Virus record (IMG/VR): IMGVR_UViG_3300012942_000012
Span: 1-46,295 of that record
DNA length: 46,295 nucleotides
Source: a virus
Taxonomy: Duplodnaviria > Caudoviricetes
Reading direction: 5' to 3' (one strand)
Shown one piece after another: positions 16,886-25,017 of the stretch. The first letter of the stretch is position 1. Every line of letters begins with the position of its first letter. The notes under the pieces were generated by a model. That model saw nothing but the letters and a program-made list of their open reading frames with translations. It searched no databases and had not been told where the DNA came from. The position numbers and the translations under genes were made by a program.

Positions 16886-17712
16886 CCACCACCGAAATCA
16901 ACGTCTACGTCATGGCGCTCACCGTCGACGAGATCTTTGCCGACGACACCTACCAGCGCATCCTCGACACCAACCGGGCCCGCACAATGGCCGCCAGCTG
17001 GGACCGCCGCCTCGCCGGCATCATCGAAGTCTCCGACCGCGGCGAACACACCAGCCCGCGGTACGCCGTCATCGACGGTCAACACCGTTGGGCGGCAGCA
17101 CGGTGCCTCACCGATCCCCCAGTCTTGGTCGCGAACGTCCACGAAGGCCTCACCATCGCCGAAGAGGCCGCGCTGTTCGACAAGCTGAACCGGCAACGCA
17201 AGCAGCCCTCGACATGGGATCACTGGCGCGCCCGCCGCGCCGCCGGCGATCAGCTGGTGGCTGCGATCGAGAAAACAGTCGATCGGCACGGCCTACGCGT
17301 CCATGAACAGTCCGGGCGCGACGGGGTCATCACCTGCGTGTCCACGCTCGAGAAGATCGCCAGCGCAGCAAGCGGTCTGGACCTATTGGACGCCACCCTG
17401 AATCTGCTCAAGTCAGCGTGGGACACCCAGCGTGAGGCCTACGACGCGCCGATCGTCCTGGGCATGGCCATGCTGATCCACGCCCACGGCTCCGATCGTC
17501 GCCTCGATGCGCAACGCCTCGTCGACGCCCTGGCGGAAGTCCCGCCGCGCCGAATCCGATACCAGGCGACCGCATTACGTGACAGCACCCCAGGATCGCT
17601 AGCGAAGCTCGCCGCGATCACGCTACTCGGCCAGTACAACAAACAGCCGGGCCCGCGTCTGCACTTCCCGCAACGCTGGACCGGATCGCTACCTAAGGCT
17701 CGCAAGGAATGA
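16882..17712 (+). CDS. ParB-N-like (DUF6551-type) protein
   Basis: DTYQR..YAVIDGQHRWAAA..EEAALFDKLN. Confidence 0.7.
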   Translation: MTTTEINVYVMALTVDEIFADDTYQRILDTNRARTMAASWDRRLAGIIEVSDRGEHTSPRYAVIDGQHRWAAARCLTDPPVLVANVHEGLTIAEEAALFDKLNRQRKQPSTWDHWRARRAAGDQLVAAIEKTVDRHGLRVHEQSGRDGVITCVSTLEKIASAASGLDLLDATLNLLKSAWDTQREAYDAPIVLGMAMLIHAHGSDRRLDAQRLVDALAEVPPRRIRYQATALRDSTPGSLAKLAAITLLGQYNKQPGPRLHFPQRWTGSLPKARKE

Positions 17713-17762
17713 GCGTTCGGGTAAGCGCCGAAGATCGGATACGCAACGGAAAGGAGCACCAA

Positions 17763-18122
17763 ATGACCGAAAAGCACCCTACAACAACAGAATTCGCGAG
17801 CTTACTACTGACACATGCAAAGGGCCGCGCCCACGATGAAGCGACCCGCAAACTACGCGAAGCAGTGGAGGCCGTCCAACAGACCGGTAAAGCAGCATCG
17901 GTCACCGTGAAACTCGATATCAAGCCAGTCGACAAGATCCCCAACGCCTTCCGAGTCTCCGACACGGTCACCGCGAAAATACCCGAGGACCGCCGCACAT
18001 CCATGTGGTTCGGCGACGACCAGGGCGGCCTGCACCGCAACGACCCGAACCAACGCTCCCTCTACGACGACGAGACCGACACCGCAGACGGCAAAACCGC
18101 TGCTGCCGGCCGAGACAACTGA
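17763..18122 (+). CDS. Hypothetical protein (usual partner of DUF2303)
   Basis: AAGGAG RBS; AVQQTGKAASVTVKLDIKP..LHRNDPNQ. Confidence 0.75.
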   Translation: MTEKHPTTTEFASLLLTHAKGRAHDEATRKLREAVEAVQQTGKAASVTVKLDIKPVDKIPNAFRVSDTVTAKIPEDRRTSMWFGDDQGGLHRNDPNQRSLYDDETDTADGKTAAAGRDN

Positions 18123-18153
18123 CCCAGCCTCCCCGAAAGGAACCGCCCCCACC

Positions 18154-19014
18154 ATGACCGATACCAGCAACACCACCATCGAAAACGTCGACAACGCGTT
18201 TCTCGTCGGAAGCCGCGCACCGCACCAAGCGCAGATCATCGACGGCCTGCTTCCGCACCAAAAGCACGCGATCGCCGTCACCGAAGAGAACGGCCTCGAA
18301 GTCGAAAGTATCGAGGTCGACCCCACCGAGTTCCCGATGCCGCTGCGCGTCAAGGGGGAGCGCACGGTCGCCGACCTGGACTCGTTCCTGGGCGAGCTCG
18401 CCCGCCGGCCTCTGGACCAGACCGGGAACAACGGCACCCTATGGGGCGCCGCGAAGAGCGGCGTACTCACCGCCATCTACAACGACCACGAGGCCGACGG
18501 CAAGAGTGCGGGCTGGCGCGACGACAAGCTGACCCTCCGGCTCACACCCGACGAGGACTGGGCGCGCTGGCACAAGCTGTCCGGACAGCTGTTCACGCAG
18601 AACGACTTCGGCGACATCATCGAAGAGCTGCTGCACACCATCGTCAGCCCCGACCAAGCCGAACTGCTCGAAATCATTGACAGCGTCCGCTCGTCGACCA
18701 GCGGCGAGTTCGAGTCCAAAATCGAGCGCGCCCACGGCGGCCTGAAGCTGACTTACCGGGAAGACCACAACGTTTCCGCGGGCAAGGGGCGCGAGCTCGA
18801 AGTGCCGCAGATCATCACGCTCGAGCTGCGCCCGTGGGAAGGACACCCCGAGACCTATCCGGTCGAGGCGTACTTCCGCACTCGCGTCAATCAGGGCAGC
18901 CTCGCCCTGGGTGTGAAGCTCAAGCCGACCAACCAGGTGCTCCGTGAGGCCTGGTACACCATCACCCAGTCTGTCGCTGGCCAGACCGGCAAACCCGTCT
19001 ACGCGGCCGAGTAA
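18154..19014 (+). CDS. DUF2303 family protein
   Basis: AIYNDH..GWRD..W..Q..FGD.IEE..P..AELLEI; AAGGA RBS. Confidence 0.75.
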   Translation: MTDTSNTTIENVDNAFLVGSRAPHQAQIIDGLLPHQKHAIAVTEENGLEVESIEVDPTEFPMPLRVKGERTVADLDSFLGELARRPLDQTGNNGTLWGAAKSGVLTAIYNDHEADGKSAGWRDDKLTLRLTPDEDWARWHKLSGQLFTQNDFGDIIEELLHTIVSPDQAELLEIIDSVRSSTSGEFESKIERAHGGLKLTYREDHNVSAGKGRELEVPQIITLELRPWEGHPETYPVEAYFRTRVNQGSLALGVKLKPTNQVLREAWYTITQSVAGQTGKPVYAAE

Positions 19015-19028
19015 CCCACCGAAGATTC

Positions 19029-19069
19029 GGTTGCCCGGCTTGCGCAGCAAATCCACAAGCCGGGCAACC
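19029..19069. terminator. 14-bp perfect inverted repeat (hairpin)
   Basis: GGTTGCCCGGCTTG / CAAGCCGGGCAACC; intergenic; no U-tract. Confidence 0.55.
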
Positions 19070-19098
19070 ACTCCCACTCTGAAAAGGAGATCCTGGTT

Positions 19099-19278
19099 GT
19101 GAGCTCCCGCCGGCCAATCGCAGACGAATTCTTCCCGCATCCCCCTAATCACAGCGGCGCCGCCGCAGTCCTGCAGGCCGCCAACGACCTGGCCGCCCGG
19201 TTAGGTGACCGCGACGAGGCGATCCTCCGCGAGCTCGACGCCATCGACACCCAAGACCGATGGGAAGACGAAACCTGA
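19099..19278 (+). CDS. 59-aa hypothetical protein
   Basis: AAGGAG RBS, GTG start, TGATG overlap with the next gene. Confidence 0.6.
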   Translation: MSSRRPIADEFFPHPPNHSGAAAVLQAANDLAARLGDRDEAILRELDAIDTQDRWEDET

Positions 19279-20258
19279 TGGGCGACAACACCGGTATCGA
19301 ATGGACCGACGCCACCTGGAATCCCGTCACCGGCTGCACCGAAGTATCTCCGGGCTGTGATCACTGCTACGCCAAGACATTCGCCGAACGCTGGCGCGGC
19401 ACACCAGGCCACTACTTCGAGAACGGCTTCGACGTCCAGCTCCGGTTCGACAAAATAGGTCTGCCGCTGCGCTGGCGCCGGCCGCGCCGCATCTTCGTCA
19501 ACAGCATGAGCGACCTCTTCCACGACGCGGTCCCCGATATTTACATCGCCCAAGTCTTCGCCGTCATGGCATACGCGCACTGGCACACCTTCCAGGTGCT
19601 CACCAAGCGCCACGGTCGAATGCGATCACTGCTGTCATCTGATCGCTTCCTGGAGCTGTTCGACCGCGAGTGCTGCCGGATACCCGACTGGAACGACCGG
19701 TACCCCGACCTCGACTTCGCTGTCGGCACAACCCATCTCGCGGATGGTCCGCTGAGCAACGTGTGGCTCGGTGTCAGCGCCGAGAATCAGCGGTGGGCTG
19801 ACATCCGCATCCCCGCGCTACTCGACACCCCCGCGGCGGTCCGATTCGTCAGCGCCGAACCACTCCTCGGGCCCATCGACCTACACCCCGACCCGATCGC
19901 GGCCGATGCGAAATTCTGGCTTGGCCATCTCGACTGGGTGATCGCCGGCGGCGAATCCGGGCGCGGCGCAAGGCCGATGCACCCCGACTGGGCGCGCTCC
20001 GTGCGCGACCAATGCGAGTCGGTCGGCGTCCCCTTCCTGTTCAAGCAGTGGGGCGAATGGGCGCCAGACCTCAGTCACAACGAACCAGTCGCCAACGGCC
20101 GGCGGCTGAAGTACCAGCGGCGTGGCCTACTGCCCGATGGTTCGACAGCACCGCCTTGGGTGCCGTGCACATTCGTCGATCGCCTCGGAAAGAAGGCCGC
20201 TGGCCGTGAACTCGACGGCCGCACCTTGGACCAATACCCGGCGACGGCCAATGTCTGA
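19278..20258 (+). CDS. DUF5131 (phage Gp37/Gp68) radical-SAM-like protein
   Basis: IEWTDATWNPVTGCTEVSPGCDHCYA, FVNSMSDLFH, SAEPLLG, GGESG, FKQWG. Confidence 0.9.
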   Translation: MGDNTGIEWTDATWNPVTGCTEVSPGCDHCYAKTFAERWRGTPGHYFENGFDVQLRFDKIGLPLRWRRPRRIFVNSMSDLFHDAVPDIYIAQVFAVMAYAHWHTFQVLTKRHGRMRSLLSSDRFLELFDRECCRIPDWNDRYPDLDFAVGTTHLADGPLSNVWLGVSAENQRWADIRIPALLDTPAAVRFVSAEPLLGPIDLHPDPIAADAKFWLGHLDWVIAGGESGRGARPMHPDWARSVRDQCESVGVPFLFKQWGEWAPDLSHNEPVANGRRLKYQRRGLLPDGSTAPPWVPCTFVDRLGKKAAGRELDGRTLDQYPATANV

Positions 20259-20886
20259 GCCGATCCGTCCGCCGATCCCCGCGACATGCGAATCCCGGCC
20301 AACGAATGCCGGAGTCGTGGTTCCGTGGGCCAACGTCCAACTAGCCGATGGCGGCGTCGACTTCCGTTCCCAGCATGAGAGCAAAGTGCAACTCTGCTGG
20401 CTCGAATGCCGTTGCCAAATCTGCGGGAATCCCATACCTCGGCCCATCGTATTCCTCGGCGGCCCTCGCCAACTCGCGGCGCTGCAGTTCGACGAACCAC
20501 CCTTACACCCCGAATGCGCCGTCTACGCCTCCCAAGCGTGCCCGATGGTCGCCGGCCGCATGTCCCGATACGCCACCAGAGAAGTCGTCAGCAATGGCCA
20601 CCGAGGTTCGGTGTGTGTCGATCCCAACTGCAATTGCGGCGGCTGGATACCGACCCCAGGACTAGAACCGCCTGCGCCCGGCGGTGATGCTGCCCATGAC
20701 TGGTACGCCGTCTATGTCTCCGACTATTCCCTCGGCATCACCCAGGAACGCTCTGACCGCGTCCACTCGGCAGTCATCATGCCCGAACAGGTCCTTGCTG
20801 TACGCCATATTTCCTCACCCGGAGCTGGCCGGACATGGAAGCGCATACCGCTGGATCAGGTGAGAAACCAGGAGGCAACGACCTGA
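20251..20886 (+). CDS. Cys-rich hypothetical protein
   Basis: CQICG..EPPLHPECAVY..ACP; start ATG 20251. Confidence 0.7.
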   Translation: MSEPIRPPIPATCESRPTNAGVVVPWANVQLADGGVDFRSQHESKVQLCWLECRCQICGNPIPRPIVFLGGPRQLAALQFDEPPLHPECAVYASQACPMVAGRMSRYATREVVSNGHRGSVCVDPNCNCGGWIPTPGLEPPAPGGDAAHDWYAVYVSDYSLGITQERSDRVHSAVIMPEQVLAVRHISSPGAGRTWKRIPLDQVRNQEATT

Positions 20887-21266
20887 TGGCGGGTCTCAAA
20901 TGGATTCGACTCGACACCACCATGTTCGAGAACCCGAAACTGCTCTACCTCAAAGAGGACAAGCAGCATCGGGCAATCATCGTCCACCTCGAGGCGATGT
21001 GTTACAGCGGCCGGCACAACCTGGCCGGCTACCTTCCCAAGGCCGCGCTTCGAATCATCAGCGGCACAACGCAAGACGCCAACAAACTGTCCGACGCCGG
21101 ACTCTGGACGCCAGCCCCCGGTGGTTGGCAGATCAACGACTGGTCCGAATATCAGCTCGCCGATGACGACGCTCAGAAACGCAGCGAGAAGGCACAGAAG
21201 GCCGCCGCCGCCCGGTGGGGAAAAACCCGCAACGTCTCAGAGGTCGAAGATGCCCACAGCGCGTAA
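20886..21266 (+). CDS. Putative replication initiator (winged-helix, RepA/replisome-organizer-like)
   Basis: WIRLDT..NPK..L.DAGLW..GGWQINDWSEYQ; GGAGG RBS; followed by iterons. Confidence 0.65.
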   Translation: MAGLKWIRLDTTMFENPKLLYLKEDKQHRAIIVHLEAMCYSGRHNLAGYLPKAALRIISGTTQDANKLSDAGLWTPAPGGWQINDWSEYQLADDDAQKRSEKAQKAAAARWGKTRNVSEVEDAHSA

Positions 21267-21272
21267 CGGCAG

Positions 21273-21376
21273 ATGCTTGAGCATTGCCCGAGCATTGCTC
21301 AAGCATCTGCCCGAGCATGATGGGACGAGCATTGCTCAAGCTATGCCCTACGTACGTAACGGACGTACTCACGTAA
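21273..21376. repeat. Iteron-like array plus ACGTA repeats (putative origin)
   Basis: TGCYYRAGCAT units at ~11-12 bp period (21274, 21285, 21296, 21308, 21333), then TACGTACGTAACGGACGTACTCACGTAAC. Confidence 0.65.
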
Positions 21377-21488
21377 CAACCACTCACCTGGATAGCTATC
21401 TCACGTTGGGTATCGCGCGCAGGGGGGTAGCAAGATTTCACCCTGCATGGAAACGGCCACGCGCTGCGCGCGGCCGCATCGAGGCAGC

Positions 21489-21746
21489 ATGATCGACGAC
21501 CTCGAGCGGCGCGAGACCTTCCAGCGCGGGCCCTGGCCGAACCCGCACCGCGCCGTCGCGCGGGCATACATCGACACCCGCGCCATCGACTACGAATGCG
21601 TCAACTGCGGAGCCAAGGTAAGCGAATTCTGCACCCTGCCTGAGCAACTGGGAGGTGATGAACGCAAAACTCCGTGCCCAAAACGGATCGCCACGGCGGT
21701 CCGAGACCGCCGACAAAGCCCACAGTCGGAAACCGCGAAAGGATAG
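21489..21746 (+). CDS. Small zinc-finger protein
   Basis: CVNCGA...C...PCPKR; GAGG RBS. Confidence 0.65.
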   Translation: MIDDLERRETFQRGPWPNPHRAVARAYIDTRAIDYECVNCGAKVSEFCTLPEQLGGDERKTPCPKRIATAVRDRRQSPQSETAKG

Positions 21747-21752
21747 ATACCC

Positions 21753-22022
21753 ATGCAGCCCGAATGGATGACGGCGCTGGCTGACCAAAAGCAAGCTGGC
21801 GCAGCAGAATTCCTTGACATTGCCATCAACGGTGCACGAAGGTCACCAGTCGAATTCGACGGCCCGATGGGACTGGCCAAGCTCGCGTTGCTCATTCGCG
21901 ACCTGGTCGTCGGCACCGAAGATCTCCCCGACGACCTCACCGACGTCGACATGCTGCCCTATGAGGTTCTGGCGGAAGCCACGCGACGACTGGCGAAAAC
22001 GGAAAGGATCGCGCAGTGCTGA
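21753..22022 (+). CDS. Hypothetical protein
   Basis: AAGGA RBS; 89 aa. Confidence 0.6.
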   Translation: MQPEWMTALADQKQAGAAEFLDIAINGARRSPVEFDGPMGLAKLALLIRDLVVGTEDLPDDLTDVDMLPYEVLAEATRRLAKTERIAQC

Positions 22023-22591
22023 TGACCGCCAAACCCGCCCCCGACGGTGCCCTCAAGCCCGCCAGAAACAAGCTCAACGCCGCGATCAGCAACCTCATTG
22101 AACGCTGGGAACAGCTGCTCGATGCTGTGCCCGAACAGAACAACAGCCGTCGTGCCACCGCGAAATCCAAGCCTCCCATGTGGATTGACGGCATGAGTCT
22201 CGTCGAAGAAATCCGCGCCGGCGTCGACAAAATCGAGCCCGGTTCAGGCAGCGTAACCGGCAAGCTCTACCAGATCCGCCGGCGCGGTTGGCGCCCCCAG
22301 GACGTCGCCGACATGGACATCATCAGCGGCAAGTGCGAACGCTGGGTGTCCCGCATCGATGACCTACTCGACCCGCACCGCTGGCACCTGACCACCCCAT
22401 GCCCGGCCTGCGGCGCGACCTTCGTCTACTGCAAAGACAGCAGCACCGGCCAACTCGTGCGCCAGCCCGCGCTCCAAATCGGCAAGAACGGCTGCCAATG
22501 CCAGAACTGCAAAACACTATGGGGCCCCCAGCTCTATCAGCACCTGGCCCGCGTCCTAGGCTGCCCAACACCAGAAGGCGTCCTCGAGTGA
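22016..22591 (+). CDS. Zinc-ribbon protein, candidate late-transcription regulator
   Basis: CPACG...CQNC..W; located near the end of the early operon. Confidence 0.6.
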   Translation: MLMTAKPAPDGALKPARNKLNAAISNLIERWEQLLDAVPEQNNSRRATAKSKPPMWIDGMSLVEEIRAGVDKIEPGSGSVTGKLYQIRRRGWRPQDVADMDIISGKCERWVSRIDDLLDPHRWHLTTPCPACGATFVYCKDSSTGQLVRQPALQIGKNGCQCQNCKTLWGPQLYQHLARVLGCPTPEGVLE

Positions 22592-22812
22592 ACATCAAAG
22601 AGTCGAGCAACTGCAAAGGCTTCCAATGGATCGGCCAGGAATGGGACCACTGCGATCGCTGCGGTGCCCCGTACTGGCAACACACCCACATGGAACACCC
22701 CGCTAAAGGCGCAGGACCGTTCGATGACGCATGGGAATACGAGCTGATCAGCGACGAATCCAAGGCCAAGGTGAGAGCCCGCTACGCGCGATCCGACACG
22801 CCGCGACCATGA
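22588..22812 (+). CDS. Small Cys/His protein
   Basis: GTGA overlap; CKGFQWIGQ..CDRCG.PYWQH. Confidence 0.6.
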   Translation: MNIKESSNCKGFQWIGQEWDHCDRCGAPYWQHTHMEHPAKGAGPFDDAWEYELISDESKAKVRARYARSDTPRP

Positions 22813-22820
22813 CCGGTTAC

Positions 22821-22849
22821 TTGCACGCGTGTAATTCGATCGCTACAGT
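22821..22849 (+). promoter_or_regulatory. SigA-type promoter (putative late promoter)
   Basis: TTGCAC-17 bp-TACAGT, intergenic. Confidence 0.6.
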
Positions 22850-22911
22850 CACGGCTCGTAGCCGTACTGTGCCCAAAGCCAGTGCGGCTTTCTGCATGAA
22901 AGGAACCGCTG

Positions 22912-23190
22912 ATGGTCAACGTGCCCGCCGTAGGAACCATCAAGGTCGTCCCCGACTTGTCCGAATTCGCAGCACGGCTTATCCACGAACTCAGCCTCGA
23001 TGACCCGCTCGCCCGCGCGATCATCGACGCAACCGGATCTCTACCTGCAGACGCACGGGCATTCGTCAGCGTGGGCGAACGTGTCTTCGCACTGCACCAC
23101 TGGACGCTGTTTGCAGCCACGGACAGCGAACCGAGCAGCCTCCGAACCTCCTGGGTCGAAAACATCGACTACACGAAACCGGAAATCTGA
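22912..23190 (+). CDS. Hypothetical protein
   Basis: AAGGA RBS. Confidence 0.6.
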   Translation: MVNVPAVGTIKVVPDLSEFAARLIHELSLDDPLARAIIDATGSLPADARAFVSVGERVFALHHWTLFAATDSEPSSLRTSWVENIDYTKPEI

Positions 23191-23191
23191 C

Positions 23192-23470
23192 ATGGCCGCC
23201 GGCCGCGAAGCAACACCACAAGACGCCGCAGACACCGAACGGCTCATGCGCTACTGGAGCGAAGGCGAGGGCGCAGCCAAGATCAACTGGGGCCATGACG
23301 GCGACTTCGACCGATGCGTCGTAGAACTGGGCAAATACGTCAGCCCAGCCATCGTCAAAGGCCTCTGCTCCAATCTGCATCAGCGAGCCACTGGTGCCCG
23401 TCCTGGCCACGCGCCCGCCGAGGAAGCTGAACGCAAAGCAAAAGCCGCAGCGAAGAACGCCGCCAAATAA
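23192..23470 (+). CDS. Conserved actinophage hypothetical protein
   Basis: RLMRYW..GEGAAKINWG..GDFDRC..GLCSNLH; start ATG 23192. Confidence 0.75.
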   Translation: MAAGREATPQDAADTERLMRYWSEGEGAAKINWGHDGDFDRCVVELGKYVSPAIVKGLCSNLHQRATGARPGHAPAEEAERKAKAAAKNAAK

Positions 23471-23730
23471 TGGCGCGCACCGCAGCTTTGGTCGGCATCA
23501 TTGCCGGCACGCAAGAAGGCGCGAAAGCCCTGATCCGTGAACTGGGACTGACAACTGCACGCGTGCTTCCCAAGCGGTCCAGCAGCATCGAGGGTATGCG
23601 GCTGAGCGCAGTCATCGTCGATGAGAGCGCGCTTCCCTTGGCGGATCACATCGCCGTCGTGGTGCACCGCAACCTGCTGAAAACCGCGGGCAGCGTGGGG
23701 ATGTATGAGCTGCGCAGGGTTGGCGTGTAG
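23470..23730 (+). CDS. Hypothetical protein
   Basis: TAATG coupling. Confidence 0.6.
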   Translation: MARTAALVGIIAGTQEGAKALIRELGLTTARVLPKRSSSIEGMRLSAVIVDESALPLADHIAVVVHRNLLKTAGSVGMYELRRVGV

Positions 23731-24030
23731 ATGGCGGTCGCCCGCCGCAGGTCCACGACCGTTCGCGACAGACACCGTCGCCGGCGGCCTCCTCGACGTT
23801 GTGCCGGCTGTGGCGCCACCGGCGTTCCGCTGCGGCAGGATCACATCGTCAATCTGGCCGCTGGCGGAAGTGACACCGTTGGCAACATGCAGTGGTTATG
23901 TGACCCGTGCCATGAGCCCAAGTCCGAGGCCGAGCGTCGGGCTGGCCGCCAGGCGGGCATCGCCGAACGCGGCAGCATCAGCCGTCGCAATCGGCCGCTC
24001 GAACAACATCCGGGGAGGATCCAATTATGA
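23731..24030 (+). CDS. HNH endonuclease (packaging associated)
   Basis: CAGC..DHIV..GG..N..LCDPCH; lies upstream of the terminase genes. Confidence 0.85.
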   Translation: MAVARRRSTTVRDRHRRRRPPRRCAGCGATGVPLRQDHIVNLAAGGSDTVGNMQWLCDPCHEPKSEAERRAGRQAGIAERGSISRRNRPLEQHPGRIQL

Positions 24031-24107
24031 CTATCGACCAGGTCTTACTGCTCATCGCGGACGTACTGCTGTTCCTGCTGGTTGCTGTCCCCCTGGTTCG
24101 TCACTGA
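24027..24107 (+). CDS. 26-aa TM micro-peptide (MTIDQVLLLIADVLLFLLVAVPLVRH)
   Basis: GGAGG RBS, ATGA overlap with HNH, hydrophobic. Confidence 0.5.
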   Translation: MTIDQVLLLIADVLLFLLVAVPLVRH

Positions 24108-24210
24108 TTTTCTACTTGACGACGATGCCAGCTCCGACGGTCACCTATCCCGAACGGTCACCATCCGCGCGCCCGTCTCGGACGCAGACGGGACCAATCT
24201 CCTGCGTGCA

Positions 24211-24300
24211 TGGGGGTTGGGGGGTACCCCCCGATGGCCAGCGCCGCACCGATAGGCCATAGCAGCCGCGTGCCTGCGTGCGGCTCAGGCCGGCCGCCGC
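24211..24300. other. Candidate cos region (physical genome ends)
   Basis: Non-coding gap between HNH and terS with a GGGGGGTACCCCCC palindrome, followed by CCGATAGGCCAT (24249-24260). Confidence 0.45.
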
Positions 24301-24510
24301 TTTTCGATTGGCCACCACCCTGATTCAGCGAAGGTGATTTCAACCCCTGACCCGCGATCGCGCGCCACAAAGACGCTCAGCTCCGAAAAACCGCCGAAAA
24401 ACCCGACGGCTCCTGATTTTTCCGCCCCAACCAGAGCTGGTTCGGGCACTTTTCGCGACCTAGGAGGAAGCGATTATGTCCACGTCCACCACCGACGTCG
24501 TCACCACCGG

Positions 24511-24984
24511 GTGACCGAAATGGCCGACGACATCGCTACATCACCGAAGCCGCCCCCTCCGCCGCCGAGCGATCTGGCTAAGGAGGGCCGCAAAGATGGA
24601 CCGGGCCGGCGGCTGTGGAAATCGATCGCAGGCACCGGCCAATACGTTCTACGGCCCGACGAACTGCGGATCCTGCACGCGGCGTGCCGCTGCGATGACG
24701 CCATCGCCGAGCTGCACCGCAAAAAGGCCGAACTCGAGCGCGATCCGAACTACCACGACATGCTGGTGCGCGGCTCGATGGGCCAGCGAGTGGAAAACCC
24801 GTTACGCGCCGCGGCCCGCAAGATCGTTGATGAGATCCGCGCCCAGGACGCCGCGCTCGTCGCGCACCTGGCCAAACTCAAGCTGCCCGACCTCGAGCCG
24901 GCGGCGCCGAACGACCAGACTGCCCAGCCGCGTTCAGTCTCCGCGCGGGATGCAGCCCAATCGCGGTGGGGCAAGAGCGGCTAA
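24511..24984 (+). CDS. terS: Terminase small subunit
   Basis: G.RLW..I..LRPDELRIL..AC..RGSMGQ..NP..ARDAAQSRW; start GTG 24511 or ATG 24520. Confidence 0.8.
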   Translation: MTEMADDIATSPKPPPPPPSDLAKEGRKDGPGRRLWKSIAGTGQYVLRPDELRILHAACRCDDAIAELHRKKAELERDPNYHDMLVRGSMGQRVENPLRAAARKIVDEIRAQDAALVAHLAKLKLPDLEPAAPNDQTAQPRSVSARDAAQSRWGKSG

Positions 24985-25017
24985 CCATGAGCTGCTTGAT
25001 CACCGAGTGACGCGCTC

